Below are positions 11,686 through 21,792 of a DNA stretch of 64,000 nt, piece by piece. The translations under genes and the position numbers were made by a program. Every line of letters starts with the position of its first letter. Position 1 is the first letter of the stretch. The DNA lies in NCBI RefSeq assembly GCF_028368995.1, contig NZ_JAQNDL010000001.1, positions 960,001 through 1,024,000 on the forward strand, in the 5' to 3' direction. The notes under the pieces are model-generated. The model had not been told where the DNA came from. It searched no databases and saw only the letters and a program-made list of their open reading frames with translations. This stretch comes from Nannocystis bainbridge. GTDB lineage: Bacteria > Myxococcota_A > Polyangia > Nannocystales > Nannocystaceae.

Positions 11686-11865
11686 AGCATCACGAGAGAT
11701 CTCATCACCGCGGCGTGCGGCCGCGCGCCGCGCCGACGGCTGCCCCGCACGGCTCGGCGACGGCGGCGAAGCTCCGCCGCTCCGCGAACACCGCTCCGGC
11801 GACCCGCCGCACTCGCCCTCGGCCCGCGCGGCGCCGCATCACGGCCCGTGTGGCACCATCCGACG

Positions 11866-13521
11866 ATGTCCCGCCGCCTCGTCGACCTCGCCCGCGATCT
11901 CGGCATCGACCCCGAGAACCGCGCCTACGTCCCCTATGGCCACGACTTCGCCAAGATCGACACCGTCGCCGCCGGCGAGGGCTCGGCGCACGGCAACCTC
12001 GTGGTCGTCTCCGCCGTCACCCCGACGCCGCTCGGCGAGGGCAAGACCGTCACCTCGATCTCGCTCGGCATGGGCCTGTCGCGGATCGGCGAGCCCGCGC
12101 TCGCGTGCCTGCGTCAGCCCTCGCTCGGCCCGGTGTTCGGGGCCAAGGGCGGCGGCGCCGGCGGCGGCAAGGCGCAGGTCGTGCCCGCCGATCGCATCAA
12201 CCTCGGCGGCACCGGCGACGGCCAGGCCGTCGGCGCCGCGCACAACCTGCTCGCCGCCATGCTCGACGCGCATCTGCGCCACGGCAACCCGCTCAAGGTC
12301 GACCCGGCACGCATCGCCTTCTCGCGGGTCACTCCCGTCAACGACGGCAGCCTGCGCAAGGTCATCACCGGCCTGGGCGGCCCGCTCAACGGCGTCCCGC
12401 GCGAGTCCTTCTTCGAGATCAACGAGGCCAGCGAGGTCATGGCGATCCTCGCCCTCGCCCGCGATCGCGGCGACCTCCGCAAGCGCCTCGGCAACATCGT
12501 CCTCGGGCCCGACCAGGGCGGCGCGCCGGTGCGGGCCGAGCAGCTCGGCGCGGCCGGGGCCATGAGCGTGCTCCTGCGCGACGCCCTCTACCCCACCCTC
12601 GCGCGCACCAGCGAGGGCACGCCCGTGCTGCTGCACGCCGGCCCGTTCGCCAACATCGCCCACGGCAACAGCAGCCTGATCGCCACCCGCTGGGCCCTCA
12701 CGCGCTCGCCATGGGTCGTCACCGAGTGCGGCTTCGGCAGCGACCTCGGACTCGAGAAGTTCGTCCACATCAAAGCCCGCCTCGGCAACCTGCGGCCCGC
12801 CTGCGTCGTCGTCGTCTGCACCGTGCGCGCGCTCAAGGTCCACGCCGGCCTGGCCAAGGCCGTGCTCGGCAAGCCGCTCGACCAGGCCGTGCTCACCGAG
12901 GACGTGAGCGCCGTCGAGAAGGGCGCCGCCAACCTGCGGCATCACCTGCGGATCGCCACCAATTTCGGCCCGCCGGTGGTCGTCGCGCTCAACCGCTTCC
13001 CGACCGACACGGACGCCGAGATCGCGGTCGTCGAGGGCATCGCCCGCGAGTTCGGGGCCGGCTTCGCCGTGCACACCGGCTTCGCCGACGGCGGCGCCGG
13101 GGCCGAGGATCTGGCGCGCGCCGTCGTCAAGGCCGCCCGCCCCACCGACCTGCGCTACCAGTACGAAGGCACAGGTCCGCTCGCCGCCCGGCTCGAGAGC
13201 CTGGCCAAAAACGTCTACGGCGCCACCGGCATCGAGCTGGCCCCCGCCGCCCGCACGCGCCTGGCCCAGCTCGAGAAGTGGGGCCTCGGCGAGCTGCAGC
13301 TGTGCGTCGCCAAGACCCACCTCGCCACCACCCACGACCCGGCCGACGGCGGCCTGCCGAAGCCGTTCGTCCTGCCGGTGCGCGACATCCTGGTCCGCGC
13401 CGGCGCCGGCTTCGCCACCGTGCTGACCGGCGAGCTCACCACCTTGCCGGCCCTGGGCGCCCGCCCCAACGCCGTCGACATGGACCTCGACCCCGCCACC
13501 GGCGCCGCCATCGGACTCTAG
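11866..13521 (+). CDS. fhs: Formate--tetrahydrofolate ligase
   Basis: TPTPLGEGKT, LRQPSLGPVFGAKGG, HAGPFANIAHG, TECGFGSDLGLEKF, AGAGF. Confidence 0.92.
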   Translation: MSRRLVDLARDLGIDPENRAYVPYGHDFAKIDTVAAGEGSAHGNLVVVSAVTPTPLGEGKTVTSISLGMGLSRIGEPALACLRQPSLGPVFGAKGGGAGGGKAQVVPADRINLGGTGDGQAVGAAHNLLAAMLDAHLRHGNPLKVDPARIAFSRVTPVNDGSLRKVITGLGGPLNGVPRESFFEINEASEVMAILALARDRGDLRKRLGNIVLGPDQGGAPVRAEQLGAAGAMSVLLRDALYPTLARTSEGTPVLLHAGPFANIAHGNSSLIATRWALTRSPWVVTECGFGSDLGLEKFVHIKARLGNLRPACVVVVCTVRALKVHAGLAKAVLGKPLDQAVLTEDVSAVEKGAANLRHHLRIATNFGPPVVVALNRFPTDTDAEIAVVEGIAREFGAGFAVHTGFADGGAGAEDLARAVVKAARPTDLRYQYEGTGPLAARLESLAKNVYGATGIELAPAARTRLAQLEKWGLGELQLCVAKTHLATTHDPADGGLPKPFVLPVRDILVRAGAGFATVLTGELTTLPALGARPNAVDMDLDPATGAAIGL

Positions 13522-13598
13522 ACCTGTCCCTAAGGGCATGCTCTCCAGGGCATGCCCTCAGCGCCATGTTCGCGGGGACATGTCCCCGCGGACAGGCG
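13520..13598. repeat. 14-bp-period palindrome array (6 cores) at a convergent junction
   Basis: Cores at 13523, 13537, 13551, 13565, 13579, 13593. Confidence 0.85.
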
Positions 13599-13601
13599 GC
13601 T

Positions 13602-14624
13602 TCAGCCCTCGTGGATCGACAGCACGAACTTGCCGGCCTGCCCGCCGACCCCGTCGACCACCACGATCACCGGCTGGCCGCCGAGCAGGAACACCGCCGT
13701 CGCCGGCAGCAGCCCGTTGGAGTCGTCGTTGCAGGCCATCTCGCTGCCCTGGCACGACCCGTCGAGCAGGTACAGCACCGGGTCGAAGTCGGCGTCGATC
13801 ACCTCGAACACGAACACCCCGTCGAACGGCGCCGTCCACTGCGCCTCGATCTCCGGCGACTCGAAGCCGTTGCAGCTGCCGCCGCGCACGTTGGTCGCCC
13901 CGGCCGTCTGGCCGTCGATCGTCAGCGGCACGAACGGGTCGAACACCGTATCGGGGCACTCGTCGACCACCGGCACCTGGGTGATGTTGTAGACCACGTC
14001 GGCGCTGCTCTGGCCGAAGCTGTCGATCACCAGCGTCACCGTCTGGCCGACGACCAGGTCGACCTCGACCTTCGAGGTCAGGCTGCCGCCGCCGTCGTCG
14101 TCGCAGGCCAGCTCGTTGCCGAAGCAGACCCCGTCGAGCACGGCGATGAGCGAGTCGAAGCTCGAGCCCATGGTGTCGAACTGGAACCGACCCGTGACCG
14201 GCGCCGTCCACACCACCTCGAGATCGGTCCCGCCGACCCCGCCGCAGCTGAGCGAGAAGTCATCGCCCTTGGCCTGCAGCGAGTCGACCTGATGGATCGG
14301 CACCGTCGCCGGCAGGACGATGCTGCCGCACTCGTTCGGCCCCTCGGTCGTCACCGTGGCGGTGATCGTGGGATCGCTCGTGATCGTCGTCTCGGTGTCC
14401 GACGTGATCGTCGGCTGGACCGTCGTCGGGCTGACCGTCGTCGGGCTGACCGTCGTCGGGCTCAGCGTCGTCGGGCTCAGCGTCGGCCCGGCGGTCTCCG
14501 ATTCGGTCGACGGGTCGAACGTATCGCCGTCGCTCTCGGTGCCGGGGAAGAAGCCGAACCGGTGTTCGTTGCAACCCGCGAGCACGAGCCCGCAGGTCAG
14601 GACGGAACGGAGGCCGCGTCGCAT
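13602..14624 (-). CDS. Lipoprotein with PTT(L/V)S repeat linker and two PPC-like beta-sandwich repeats
   Basis: Lipobox VLAGC; 15-bp tandem repeats around 14417-14487; duplicated WTAP..G.F.F...FD....LDG.C.G.E.AC.DD module. Confidence 0.7.
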   Translation of the reverse strand: MRRGLRSVLTCGLVLAGCNEHRFGFFPGTESDGDTFDPSTESETAGPTLSPTTLSPTTVSPTTVSPTTVQPTITSDTETTITSDPTITATVTTEGPNECGSIVLPATVPIHQVDSLQAKGDDFSLSCGGVGGTDLEVVWTAPVTGRFQFDTMGSSFDSLIAVLDGVCFGNELACDDDGGGSLTSKVEVDLVVGQTVTLVIDSFGQSSADVVYNITQVPVVDECPDTVFDPFVPLTIDGQTAGATNVRGGSCNGFESPEIEAQWTAPFDGVFVFEVIDADFDPVLYLLDGSCQGSEMACNDDSNGLLPATAVFLLGGQPVIVVVDGVGGQAGKFVLSIHEG

Positions 14625-14682
14625 AAGCCAGGGATACGCCGACGATACCACAGCCGCCGGCGCGTCCCAAGCCAGCGGCCGG

Positions 14683-14994
14683 CTAGTTCGTCAGGATTCG
14701 ATTGAGCTTGTCGATGACCCGGCGGAACTCGTCGACTGCCTCGGTGTGGCCGTTGACCTCGTCGAGCGGGTAGGTCTTGAACTGCTTGGTGACGGCCGAG
14801 TAGCCGAAGTTGCCGATGCCCACGTCGGCGAACTTGGCCGACAGGTAGTTGATGTCCAGCGGCTTGTAGCCCGACCCGTACGCCCCGACGTGCAGGTGCG
14901 TGTTATTGCTCGAGTCACCGAAGTGATACAGGTACCCGTCGGTAGCCTTGACGAAGCCCAGCTCCTCCAGATCGCGCTTATTGACCTTTGGCAT
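14683..14994 (-). CDS. Hypothetical protein, 103 aa
   Basis: GGAGG RBS upstream, natural composition, GC3 bias in this frame. Confidence 0.65.
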   Translation of the reverse strand: MPKVNKRDLEELGFVKATDGYLYHFGDSSNNTHLHVGAYGSGYKPLDINYLSAKFADVGIGNFGYSAVTKQFKTYPLDEVNGHTEAVDEFRRVIDKLNRILTN

Positions 14995-15141
14995 CTACCA
15001 CCCTCCGTTGATTCGCCGGGCACCCTAGCCGATAGCTGCCGGCTTGTCGCCGGTCGAGAACGCACGTGCGCGGGCGAAACCGCCGGCTCTGGCGCCCGCT
15101 CCAAGCCGCATCGGGGTTACCCTCGACGACCAGGACCGCGC

Positions 15142-16038
15142 ATGCAGCTCCAGATCCGCAACCTCTCGAAGACCTATCCCAACGGTGTCCGTGCCTTGCG
15201 CGGAGTCGACCTCACGATCGGGCCCGGCATGTTCGGCCTGCTCGGGCCCAACGGCGCCGGCAAATCGAGCCTCATGCGCACAATTGCGACGTTGCAAGAT
15301 CCCGACGCCGGCAGCGTGCGCTTCGGCGACATCGACGTCCTCACTCAAAAAGATCGCCTGCGCAGCGTCCTCGGCTACCTCCCGCAGGAGTTCGGCCTCT
15401 ACCCCAACCTCAGCGCCGAGGCGATCCTCGATCACTTCGCGGTCCTCAAGGGCATCGTCGACACCAAGCAGCGCAAGGCCCAGTGCGCCGCTCTGCTCGA
15501 GCAGACCAACCTCACCGCCGCGCGCAAGAACGCCGTGGGCGGCTACTCCGGCGGCATGAAGCAGCGGCTCGGCATCGCCATCGCGTTGCTCGGCAAGCCG
15601 CAGCTCGTCATCGTCGACGAGCCGACCGCCGGCCTCGACCCGACCGAGCGCCACCGCTTCCTCAACCTGCTGGCCGACATCGGTGACGACGTCGTCGTCA
15701 TCCTCAGCACCCACATCGTCGAGGACGTGCGCGAGCTGTGCAGTCAGTTCGCCATCATCGCCGCCGGCGAGGTCAAGTTCAGCGGCGCGCCGGCGGCCGT
15801 GATCGAGGGCCTGCGCGGCAAGATCTGGCGCCGCGTCGTCGCCCGGGCCGAGCTCGAGGACATGCAGCGCAAGCTCCGCGTCATCTCGACCCGGCTCGTC
15901 ACCGGGCGCCCCGTCATTCACGTGTTCCACGACGGCTCGCCCGGGCCCGAGTTCGAGGCCGTCGAGCCCGACCTCGAGGACGTGTACTTCTACCACATCA
16001 CCGGCGCCGCCCAGGGCGCCGCCTCGGAGGCGGCATGA
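15142..16038 (+). CDS. ABC transporter ATP-binding protein
   Basis: GPNGAGKS, YSGGMKQR, IVDEPTAGLD, STH. Confidence 0.93.
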   Translation: MQLQIRNLSKTYPNGVRALRGVDLTIGPGMFGLLGPNGAGKSSLMRTIATLQDPDAGSVRFGDIDVLTQKDRLRSVLGYLPQEFGLYPNLSAEAILDHFAVLKGIVDTKQRKAQCAALLEQTNLTAARKNAVGGYSGGMKQRLGIAIALLGKPQLVIVDEPTAGLDPTERHRFLNLLADIGDDVVVILSTHIVEDVRELCSQFAIIAAGEVKFSGAPAAVIEGLRGKIWRRVVARAELEDMQRKLRVISTRLVTGRPVIHVFHDGSPGPEFEAVEPDLEDVYFYHITGAAQGAASEAA

Positions 16039-19000
16039 GCCAGCTGCTCAGCTTCGCCGGCTTCGAGGTCCGCTACCACCTGCGGCGGCCGGTCACCTAC
16101 GTGTTCGCGTTCGCCATGGCGCTGTTCGGCTTCCTCGCCATGACCACCGAGGTGGTCCGCTTCGGCGGCGCCGGCGGCAAGGTGTTGAACAACGCCCCGT
16201 GGCTGATCAGCACCGCCGTCATGGTCTTCACCCTGATCGGCACCATCTTCACCTCGGCGATCGCCGGCACCGCGGTGCTGCGCGACTTCGAGTTCAAGAC
16301 CCACGAGCTGCTGTTCACCACCCGCCTGCGCAAGCCGGCCTTCGTGTTCGGCCGCTTCCTCGGCTCCTACCTCGTCACCGTCCTCGTGCTCGCCTGCAGC
16401 GCTTTCGGCCTGTGGCTCGGCGCGCACATGCCCTGGCTCGACGCCGAAAAGATCGGCGCCGTCCCGCTCGGCACCTACGTCTGGCCGGTCCTCCTCTACG
16501 TCGTCCCGACCGGCCTGTTCGCCAGCGCCCTGTTCTTCGCCGTCGGCGTGCTGACCCGCAGCTTCGTCGCCGTCTACATCCAGGGCGTCGTCCTCTTCAT
16601 CGGCTACTCGATCGCCAACAACATCATCAGCGACATCGAGCAGGAGCGGCTGGCCGCGCTGCTCGACCCGTTCGGCTTCAACGCCACCAACCTCGTCAAC
16701 CGCTACTGGACCGTCGCCGAGAAGAACAGCCTGCTGCTGCCGCTCGACGGCGTGCTGCTGCTCAACCGCCTGCTGTGGGTCGGCCTCGGCGTCGTCATCC
16801 TGCTCGTCGCCTACCGCATGTTCCGCATGGAGGCCGCGACGCGCACGCGCAAGGCCGGCAAGGCGCGCGAGGTCGAGGCCGACATGCCTGCGGTGCGGGC
16901 TCCGGCCGTGCTCCCGCGCGTCACCCCGATCGCCGGCGCGCGCGCCGACCTCGCCCGCGTCGGCGCCCTCGTGCGGCTCCACTATCGCAGCATCGTCCGC
17001 GACCGCGCCTTCCTGGCCCTCGGCGTCATCGCCGTGTTGATGACCGTCATCAACGCCTTCTACGCCGACCTCATGTACGGCACCACCGTCTACCCGGTGA
17101 CCTACGCCATGGTCGAGGTCATCGCCGGCGCCGGCCTGTTCTTCGTCATCATCTCCGCGCTGTACGCCGGCGAGCTGGTGTGGCGCGAGCGCGGCCTCAA
17201 GTGCGACCAGCTGCTCGACGCCACGCCGACCAACAGCCCGCTGGTGTTCTTCAGCAAGGTCGGCGCGCTCCTGGCCGTCGAGGCGACCCTGTGCGGCGCG
17301 CTCATCCTCGCCGGCATCGCCGTGCAGGCGCTCAAGGGCTACGGCCACTTCGAGCTCGACGTCTACCTCGGCTTCATCTACGGCGTCGCCTTCCCCGGCA
17401 TCACCCTCCTCACCCTGCTCGCCTTCTTCATCCACGTCGTCGTCGACCAGAAGCTCGTCGCCAACGGCCTCATCATCGCCTACTACGTGGTGACGCTGGT
17501 CCTCAGCTACTGGGGCGTGCACGACAACCTGTTCCGCTACAGCCAGTTCCCCGACCCCGTCTACAGCGACATGAACCGCTACGGCCCGAGCATGGGCGCG
17601 TGGCTGTCGTTCATGGCCTACTACTTCGCCTTCGCCGGCCTCATGCTGGCGGTCGCCCGCCTGTTCCTCGTGCGCGGCCAGGTCCACGGCCTGCGGGCCC
17701 GCCTGCGCCTGGCTCGCGCGCGCATCAACCCGCGCTGGCTCGCGGTCACCGGCGGCCTGCTGGCCGTCTTCATCGGCCTGTTCGCCTTCATCCGCCACAA
17801 CACCCACGGCCTCAACCGCTTCCGTGACCAGGACGACGACGAGGAGCTGCAGGCGAGGTACGAGCGCGAGTACAAGCAATACGAGAAGCTGCCGCAGCCG
17901 CGCATCGTCGCCGCCGACGTGCGCGTCGACCTCGATCCCGCGCGCGGCCACGGCGTCTTCAAGGGCACCCTGCGCCTGGCCAACAAGTCAGGTGTGGCCA
18001 TTCCCACCGTCCACCTGACCCTGCGCGATCAGCTGACGATCCGCGAGCTCCGCTTCGATCGCCCGTCCGAGGTCGAGCGCGACGACGAGCACCTGCGCTA
18101 CATCATCCACCGCCTGGCCGAGCCGCTCGCGCCCGGCGCCGAGATGACCCTGCACTTCGAGTTCGCCGACCAGCGCGAGGGCTTCGGCAACCGCGGTCGT
18201 GACACCGCCATCGTCGCCAACGGCAGCTTCGTGTCGAGCGACGGCATCGCCCCGAGCATCGGCTACAACCGCGGCCTCGAGCTCGACAACGACGACGACC
18301 GCAAGCAGCACGACCTGCCCGAGCGCGAGCGCATGCCCTCGATCGACGACGAGGCCGCGCGGGTCAACACGTACATCGGCCACGACTCCGACTGGATCGA
18401 TTTCCGCGGGACCGTGTGCACCGACCCCGACCAGATCGCCATCGCCCCCGGCTACTTGCAGAAGGAGTGGACCGAGGACGGCCGGCGCTGCTTCGCCTAC
18501 GCGATGGACAGCAAGATCCTCAACTTCTACTCCTTCCTGTCCGCCCGCTACGAGGTCCGGCGCGACAAGTGGAAGGACGTCGACATCGAGATCTACTACC
18601 ACCCCGGCCACGAGTACAACCTCGACCGCATGGTCGACGCGATCAAGAAGTCGCTCGACTACTTCACCGCCAACTTCAGCCCGTACCAGCACCGTCAGGT
18701 CCGGATCCTCGAGTTCCCGCGCTACGCCAGCTTCGCCCAGTCGTTCCCCAACACGATCCCCTACTCCGAGGCGATCGGCTTCATCGCCCGCGTCCGCCCC
18801 GGCGACCCCGAGGACATCGACTACCCGTTCTACGTCACCGCCCACGAGGTCGCGCACCAGTGGTGGGCCCACCAGGTCATCGGCGCCAACGTCCAGGGCG
18901 CCACCATGCTGTCCGAGTCGCTGTCACAGTACTCGGCGCTGAAGGTCCTGGAGAAGGAGTACGGCAAGGACAAGATGCACAAGTTCCTCGCCTACGAGCT

Positions 19001-19619
19001 CAAGGGCTACCTGGCCGGCCGCAGCAACGAGCGGAAGAAAGAGCTGCCGCTGATGCGCAACGAGAACCAGCAGTACATCCACTACCAGAAGGGTTCGCTG
19101 GTGTGGTACGCGCTGGCCGACTACATCGGCGAGGACGTCCTGAACGCCGCCCTGGCCCGCTACGTCAAGCAGGTCGCGTTCCAGAGCGCGCCCTTCACCA
19201 CCACCAAGGAGCTGGTCGCCATCCTCAAGGAGGTCACCCCGCCGGACTATCAGTACGTGATCGAGGACATGTTCGAGACGATCACGCTCTACGACAACAA
19301 GGTCGTGTCCGCCGAGGTCACCCCCGAGGGCGCCAAGTACAAGGTCCGCTTCACTGTCTCCGCTCGCAAGCTGCGCGCCTCGGAGCTCGGCGAGGAGACC
19401 GAGGTGCCGGTGGCCGACTTCATCGACGTCGCCGTGTTCGCCGCCCCCGCCCCCGGCGACATCGACCTCGGCAAGCCGCTGTTCTTCGAGCGCCGCAAGC
19501 TGACCGGCGGCGACAACGTGATCGAGGTCGTCGTCGACGAGCTGCCCGCGCGCGTCGGCATCGATCCTTACAACAAGCTCATCGACCGCGCCCCGCGGGA
19601 CAACCGCATGGGCGTGTGA
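16035..19619 (+). CDS. ABC-2-type permease fused to an M1 aminopeptidase domain
   Basis: About 13 TM segments then VTAHEVAHQWW...SESLSQY (HEXXH-X18-E) and YQKG; ATGA overlap with ATPase. Confidence 0.88.
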   Translation: MSQLLSFAGFEVRYHLRRPVTYVFAFAMALFGFLAMTTEVVRFGGAGGKVLNNAPWLISTAVMVFTLIGTIFTSAIAGTAVLRDFEFKTHELLFTTRLRKPAFVFGRFLGSYLVTVLVLACSAFGLWLGAHMPWLDAEKIGAVPLGTYVWPVLLYVVPTGLFASALFFAVGVLTRSFVAVYIQGVVLFIGYSIANNIISDIEQERLAALLDPFGFNATNLVNRYWTVAEKNSLLLPLDGVLLLNRLLWVGLGVVILLVAYRMFRMEAATRTRKAGKAREVEADMPAVRAPAVLPRVTPIAGARADLARVGALVRLHYRSIVRDRAFLALGVIAVLMTVINAFYADLMYGTTVYPVTYAMVEVIAGAGLFFVIISALYAGELVWRERGLKCDQLLDATPTNSPLVFFSKVGALLAVEATLCGALILAGIAVQALKGYGHFELDVYLGFIYGVAFPGITLLTLLAFFIHVVVDQKLVANGLIIAYYVVTLVLSYWGVHDNLFRYSQFPDPVYSDMNRYGPSMGAWLSFMAYYFAFAGLMLAVARLFLVRGQVHGLRARLRLARARINPRWLAVTGGLLAVFIGLFAFIRHNTHGLNRFRDQDDDEELQARYEREYKQYEKLPQPRIVAADVRVDLDPARGHGVFKGTLRLANKSGVAIPTVHLTLRDQLTIRELRFDRPSEVERDDEHLRYIIHRLAEPLAPGAEMTLHFEFADQREGFGNRGRDTAIVANGSFVSSDGIAPSIGYNRGLELDNDDDRKQHDLPERERMPSIDDEAARVNTYIGHDSDWIDFRGTVCTDPDQIAIAPGYLQKEWTEDGRRCFAYAMDSKILNFYSFLSARYEVRRDKWKDVDIEIYYHPGHEYNLDRMVDAIKKSLDYFTANFSPYQHRQVRILEFPRYASFAQSFPNTIPYSEAIGFIARVRPGDPEDIDYPFYVTAHEVAHQWWAHQVIGANVQGATMLSESLSQYSALKVLEKEYGKDKMHKFLAYELKGYLAGRSNERKKELPLMRNENQQYIHYQKGSLVWYALADYIGEDVLNAALARYVKQVAFQSAPFTTTKELVAILKEVTPPDYQYVIEDMFETITLYDNKVVSAEVTPEGAKYKVRFTVSARKLRASELGEETEVPVADFIDVAVFAAPAPGDIDLGKPLFFERRKLTGGDNVIEVVVDELPARVGIDPYNKLIDRAPRDNRMGV

Positions 19620-19624
19620 ACCGC

Positions 19625-19666
19625 GAGCCCCGTTCGCGCCGGCACGGGCCGGCGCGCGCGGGGCTC
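19625..19666. terminator. GC-rich hairpin between convergent genes
   Basis: GAGCCCCG-TT-CGCGCCGGC-ACGG-GCCGGCGCG-CG-CGGGGCTC. Confidence 0.55.
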
Positions 19667-19697
19667 AGGACGTCGGGCTCCGCGGCGTCCGACGAAC

Positions 19698-21059
19698 TCA
19701 GCCCGACGTCGTGCGAGGCGTCAGCCGCATCTCGAGCCCCGAGCGCGGACGCGGCACCGGCACCTGCTTCATCGTCAGGTCTTGCCCCGGGACCAGCGTC
19801 AGCGCGCAGCGGCGCGCCAGCAGGGCCGCGAACGCCCGCATCTCCAGGCGCGCGAACTCCATGCCGAGGCAGATCCGCGCGCCCCCGCCGAACGGCAGGT
19901 AGCGGCCCTCGTGGGCGTGCGCGTGGACCCGTCCGTGAGGACATGTCTCTTCGAACACGGCGAAACGGTCGGGGTCGAAGCGAGCTGGCTCTGCGAACAG
20001 GGACGGATCGCGGTGGGTGTCGCGGATCCGGTAGCCCGTCAGCCAGCCCGCCGGCACCGTGAAGCCGGCGACCTCGAACGTGCGCGTGCACTTGCGGAAC
20101 GCCGCAGCCACCGGCGGCTCCAGCCGCAGCGTCTCGGCCAGCGCGCGCTCGGTCTCCGCCAGCCGGCCCAGCGCCTCGACCGTCAGCGGCCCGCGCGGCG
20201 TGACCCGATCGACCTCGGCGCACACGCGCGCGTAGGCCTCGGGGTGCTGCGCCATCAGCATGCAGAAGTTCGTCAACCCCGAGGTCAGCGTCTCGTGGCC
20301 GGCGAACAGCAGCACCAGCATCTGCTCGGCCAGCTCTTCGCGCCCGAGCTTCGAGCCGTCGTCGTCGCGGGCGGCGAGCAGCAGCCCGAGCACGTCCTGG
20401 CCGGTCTCGCCGCTGGCGATGCGCGCGTCGATGGCCGCGTGCAGGTGGGCGATGAGGCGCCGGCGAGCCCGCTTGGCCCGGCCGAACGCGGTGACGGGCA
20501 GGTCGGCGGGGATCGTGAACAGCCCGGCCGCGAAGGTCTCGAAGTCGTGTACGAGCGCCGCGTCGGTGCGCTCGTGCGCGCCCATCATCAACGCCGCCGC
20601 GACGTCGAACGTCAACGCGCGGATCTCCGGATACAGCGCCAGCTCGCCGCGTGCGAGCCAGCGATCGACCGCCGCCGCGATCCGCGACTCCATCGGCGGC
20701 AGGTAGCCGAGCAGCGCCCGCGGCCGGAACGCCTGGGCCAGCAGCCGCCGCCGGCGCATATGCAGCTCGCCCTCCTGCGTCGAGAGCGTGTTCGGCCCCA
20801 GCAGCTTGAGCGTGCTCGCCGGCCAGGTCGCCTCGACGAATTTATGCTCGCCGCGGAACAGCAGCAGGTTGTTCTCCGGCCCCGCCAGCAGCGCCATGTC
20901 CTTGCCGAACAGGCGCGTGCGCGACACCGGCCCGAACTCCGCCCGCCGGTCGGCGCCGAAGCGCGGGTTGAACAGAATCTGGAACCACTCGCCGACGAAC
21001 GGCAGGCCGGAGCGACCCGGCGGCAGACGAGGCGGCGAAGACACGGTCGGAGTCGTCAC
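19698..21059 (-). CDS. Cytochrome P450 (CYP120/CYP26-like)
   Basis: PPGRSGLPFVGE, FAGHETL, ETLR, FDPDRF, FGGGARICLG; 14-bp units at 19928/19942/19956 encode the extra FEETCPHGRVH loop. Confidence 0.92.
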   Translation of the reverse strand: MTTPTVSSPPRLPPGRSGLPFVGEWFQILFNPRFGADRRAEFGPVSRTRLFGKDMALLAGPENNLLLFRGEHKFVEATWPASTLKLLGPNTLSTQEGELHMRRRRLLAQAFRPRALLGYLPPMESRIAAAVDRWLARGELALYPEIRALTFDVAAALMMGAHERTDAALVHDFETFAAGLFTIPADLPVTAFGRAKRARRRLIAHLHAAIDARIASGETGQDVLGLLLAARDDDGSKLGREELAEQMLVLLFAGHETLTSGLTNFCMLMAQHPEAYARVCAEVDRVTPRGPLTVEALGRLAETERALAETLRLEPPVAAAFRKCTRTFEVAGFTVPAGWLTGYRIRDTHRDPSLFAEPARFDPDRFAVFEETCPHGRVHAHAHEGRYLPFGGGARICLGMEFARLEMRAFAALLARRCALTLVPGQDLTMKQVPVPRPRSGLEMRLTPRTTSG

Positions 21060-21306
21060 CTCCGCATGCTGCCCGGCGCGCGCGCCGACGGCAACCGGGA
21101 CCTCGCCCGCGACGCCGGGGCCCGCGCCGGCGAGCTCGGCCGAATTCGGCCTCCTGCGCGCGGTTCGGCGCCGGCCGCGGACCTGGTCGCTCGCCCCGCC
21201 GACGGCGCTCGCCGCCCGGCTCGTCGCCTCCACGTCCTCGCCCCGCCCTGCAAAGCCTGGCTTCAGCCCGGGGCCGAGGTATCGAGCGTCCAGGGAGGAT
21301 CCTCGC

Positions 21307-21483
21307 ATGATCCGCTGGGCGCTCGTGTTCCTCATCATCGCCGTCATCGCCGCCGTGTTCGGCTTCAGCGGCCGCTCCAGCGCCACTTCGGAGGGCGCGC
21401 AGGCGCTGTTTTTCATTTTCCTCGGCGTCTTCTCGCTGATGCTGCTCGCCGCCCTCATCGGCGGCGACCAGCTGCGGCGCTGA
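21307..21483 (+). CDS. DUF1328 (UPF0391) small membrane protein
   Basis: MIRWALVFLIIAVIAAVFGF; GGGAGG RBS. Confidence 0.85.
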   Translation: MIRWALVFLIIAVIAAVFGFSGRSSATSEGAQALFFIFLGVFSLMLLAALIGGDQLRR

Positions 21484-21489
21484 CCCGAG

Positions 21490-21570
21490 TCATATGCCCT
21501 CGAAGACATGTTTGATGGGAAATGTCCTCAAGAACATTTTCCATGAGACATGTCTTTAAATACATATCTC
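21490..21570. repeat. AT-rich 14-bp-period palindrome array (6 cores)
   Basis: TATG 21493, CATG 21507, AATG 21521, CATT 21535, CATG 21549, CATA 21563. Confidence 0.75.
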
Positions 21571-21792
21571 CCGCATAGCCCGACCCGGCCCCTCCGCGGC
21601 GACGAGATCTGGCCTCCGCGTCCCCCGGGCGATCGCCGACAGCGACTGCGCCCGTAGCCCCTCGGAGAGCCCTGCCCTGGCAGACGCGCGGCCTCTCGGT
21701 GCTCCGTCGCCTCCACGCCCCTCGCCGCCAGCCTTGACGGCGGGCCGGCGTTCGCGCTGTCATGACGGCCTTCGCCTGTCCGGAGGTCGCGC

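Noticed and set aside
11686-11865. Riboswitch (THF or ZTP) upstream of fhs
   Set aside because: Only generic GC-rich pairing; no consensus recognised.
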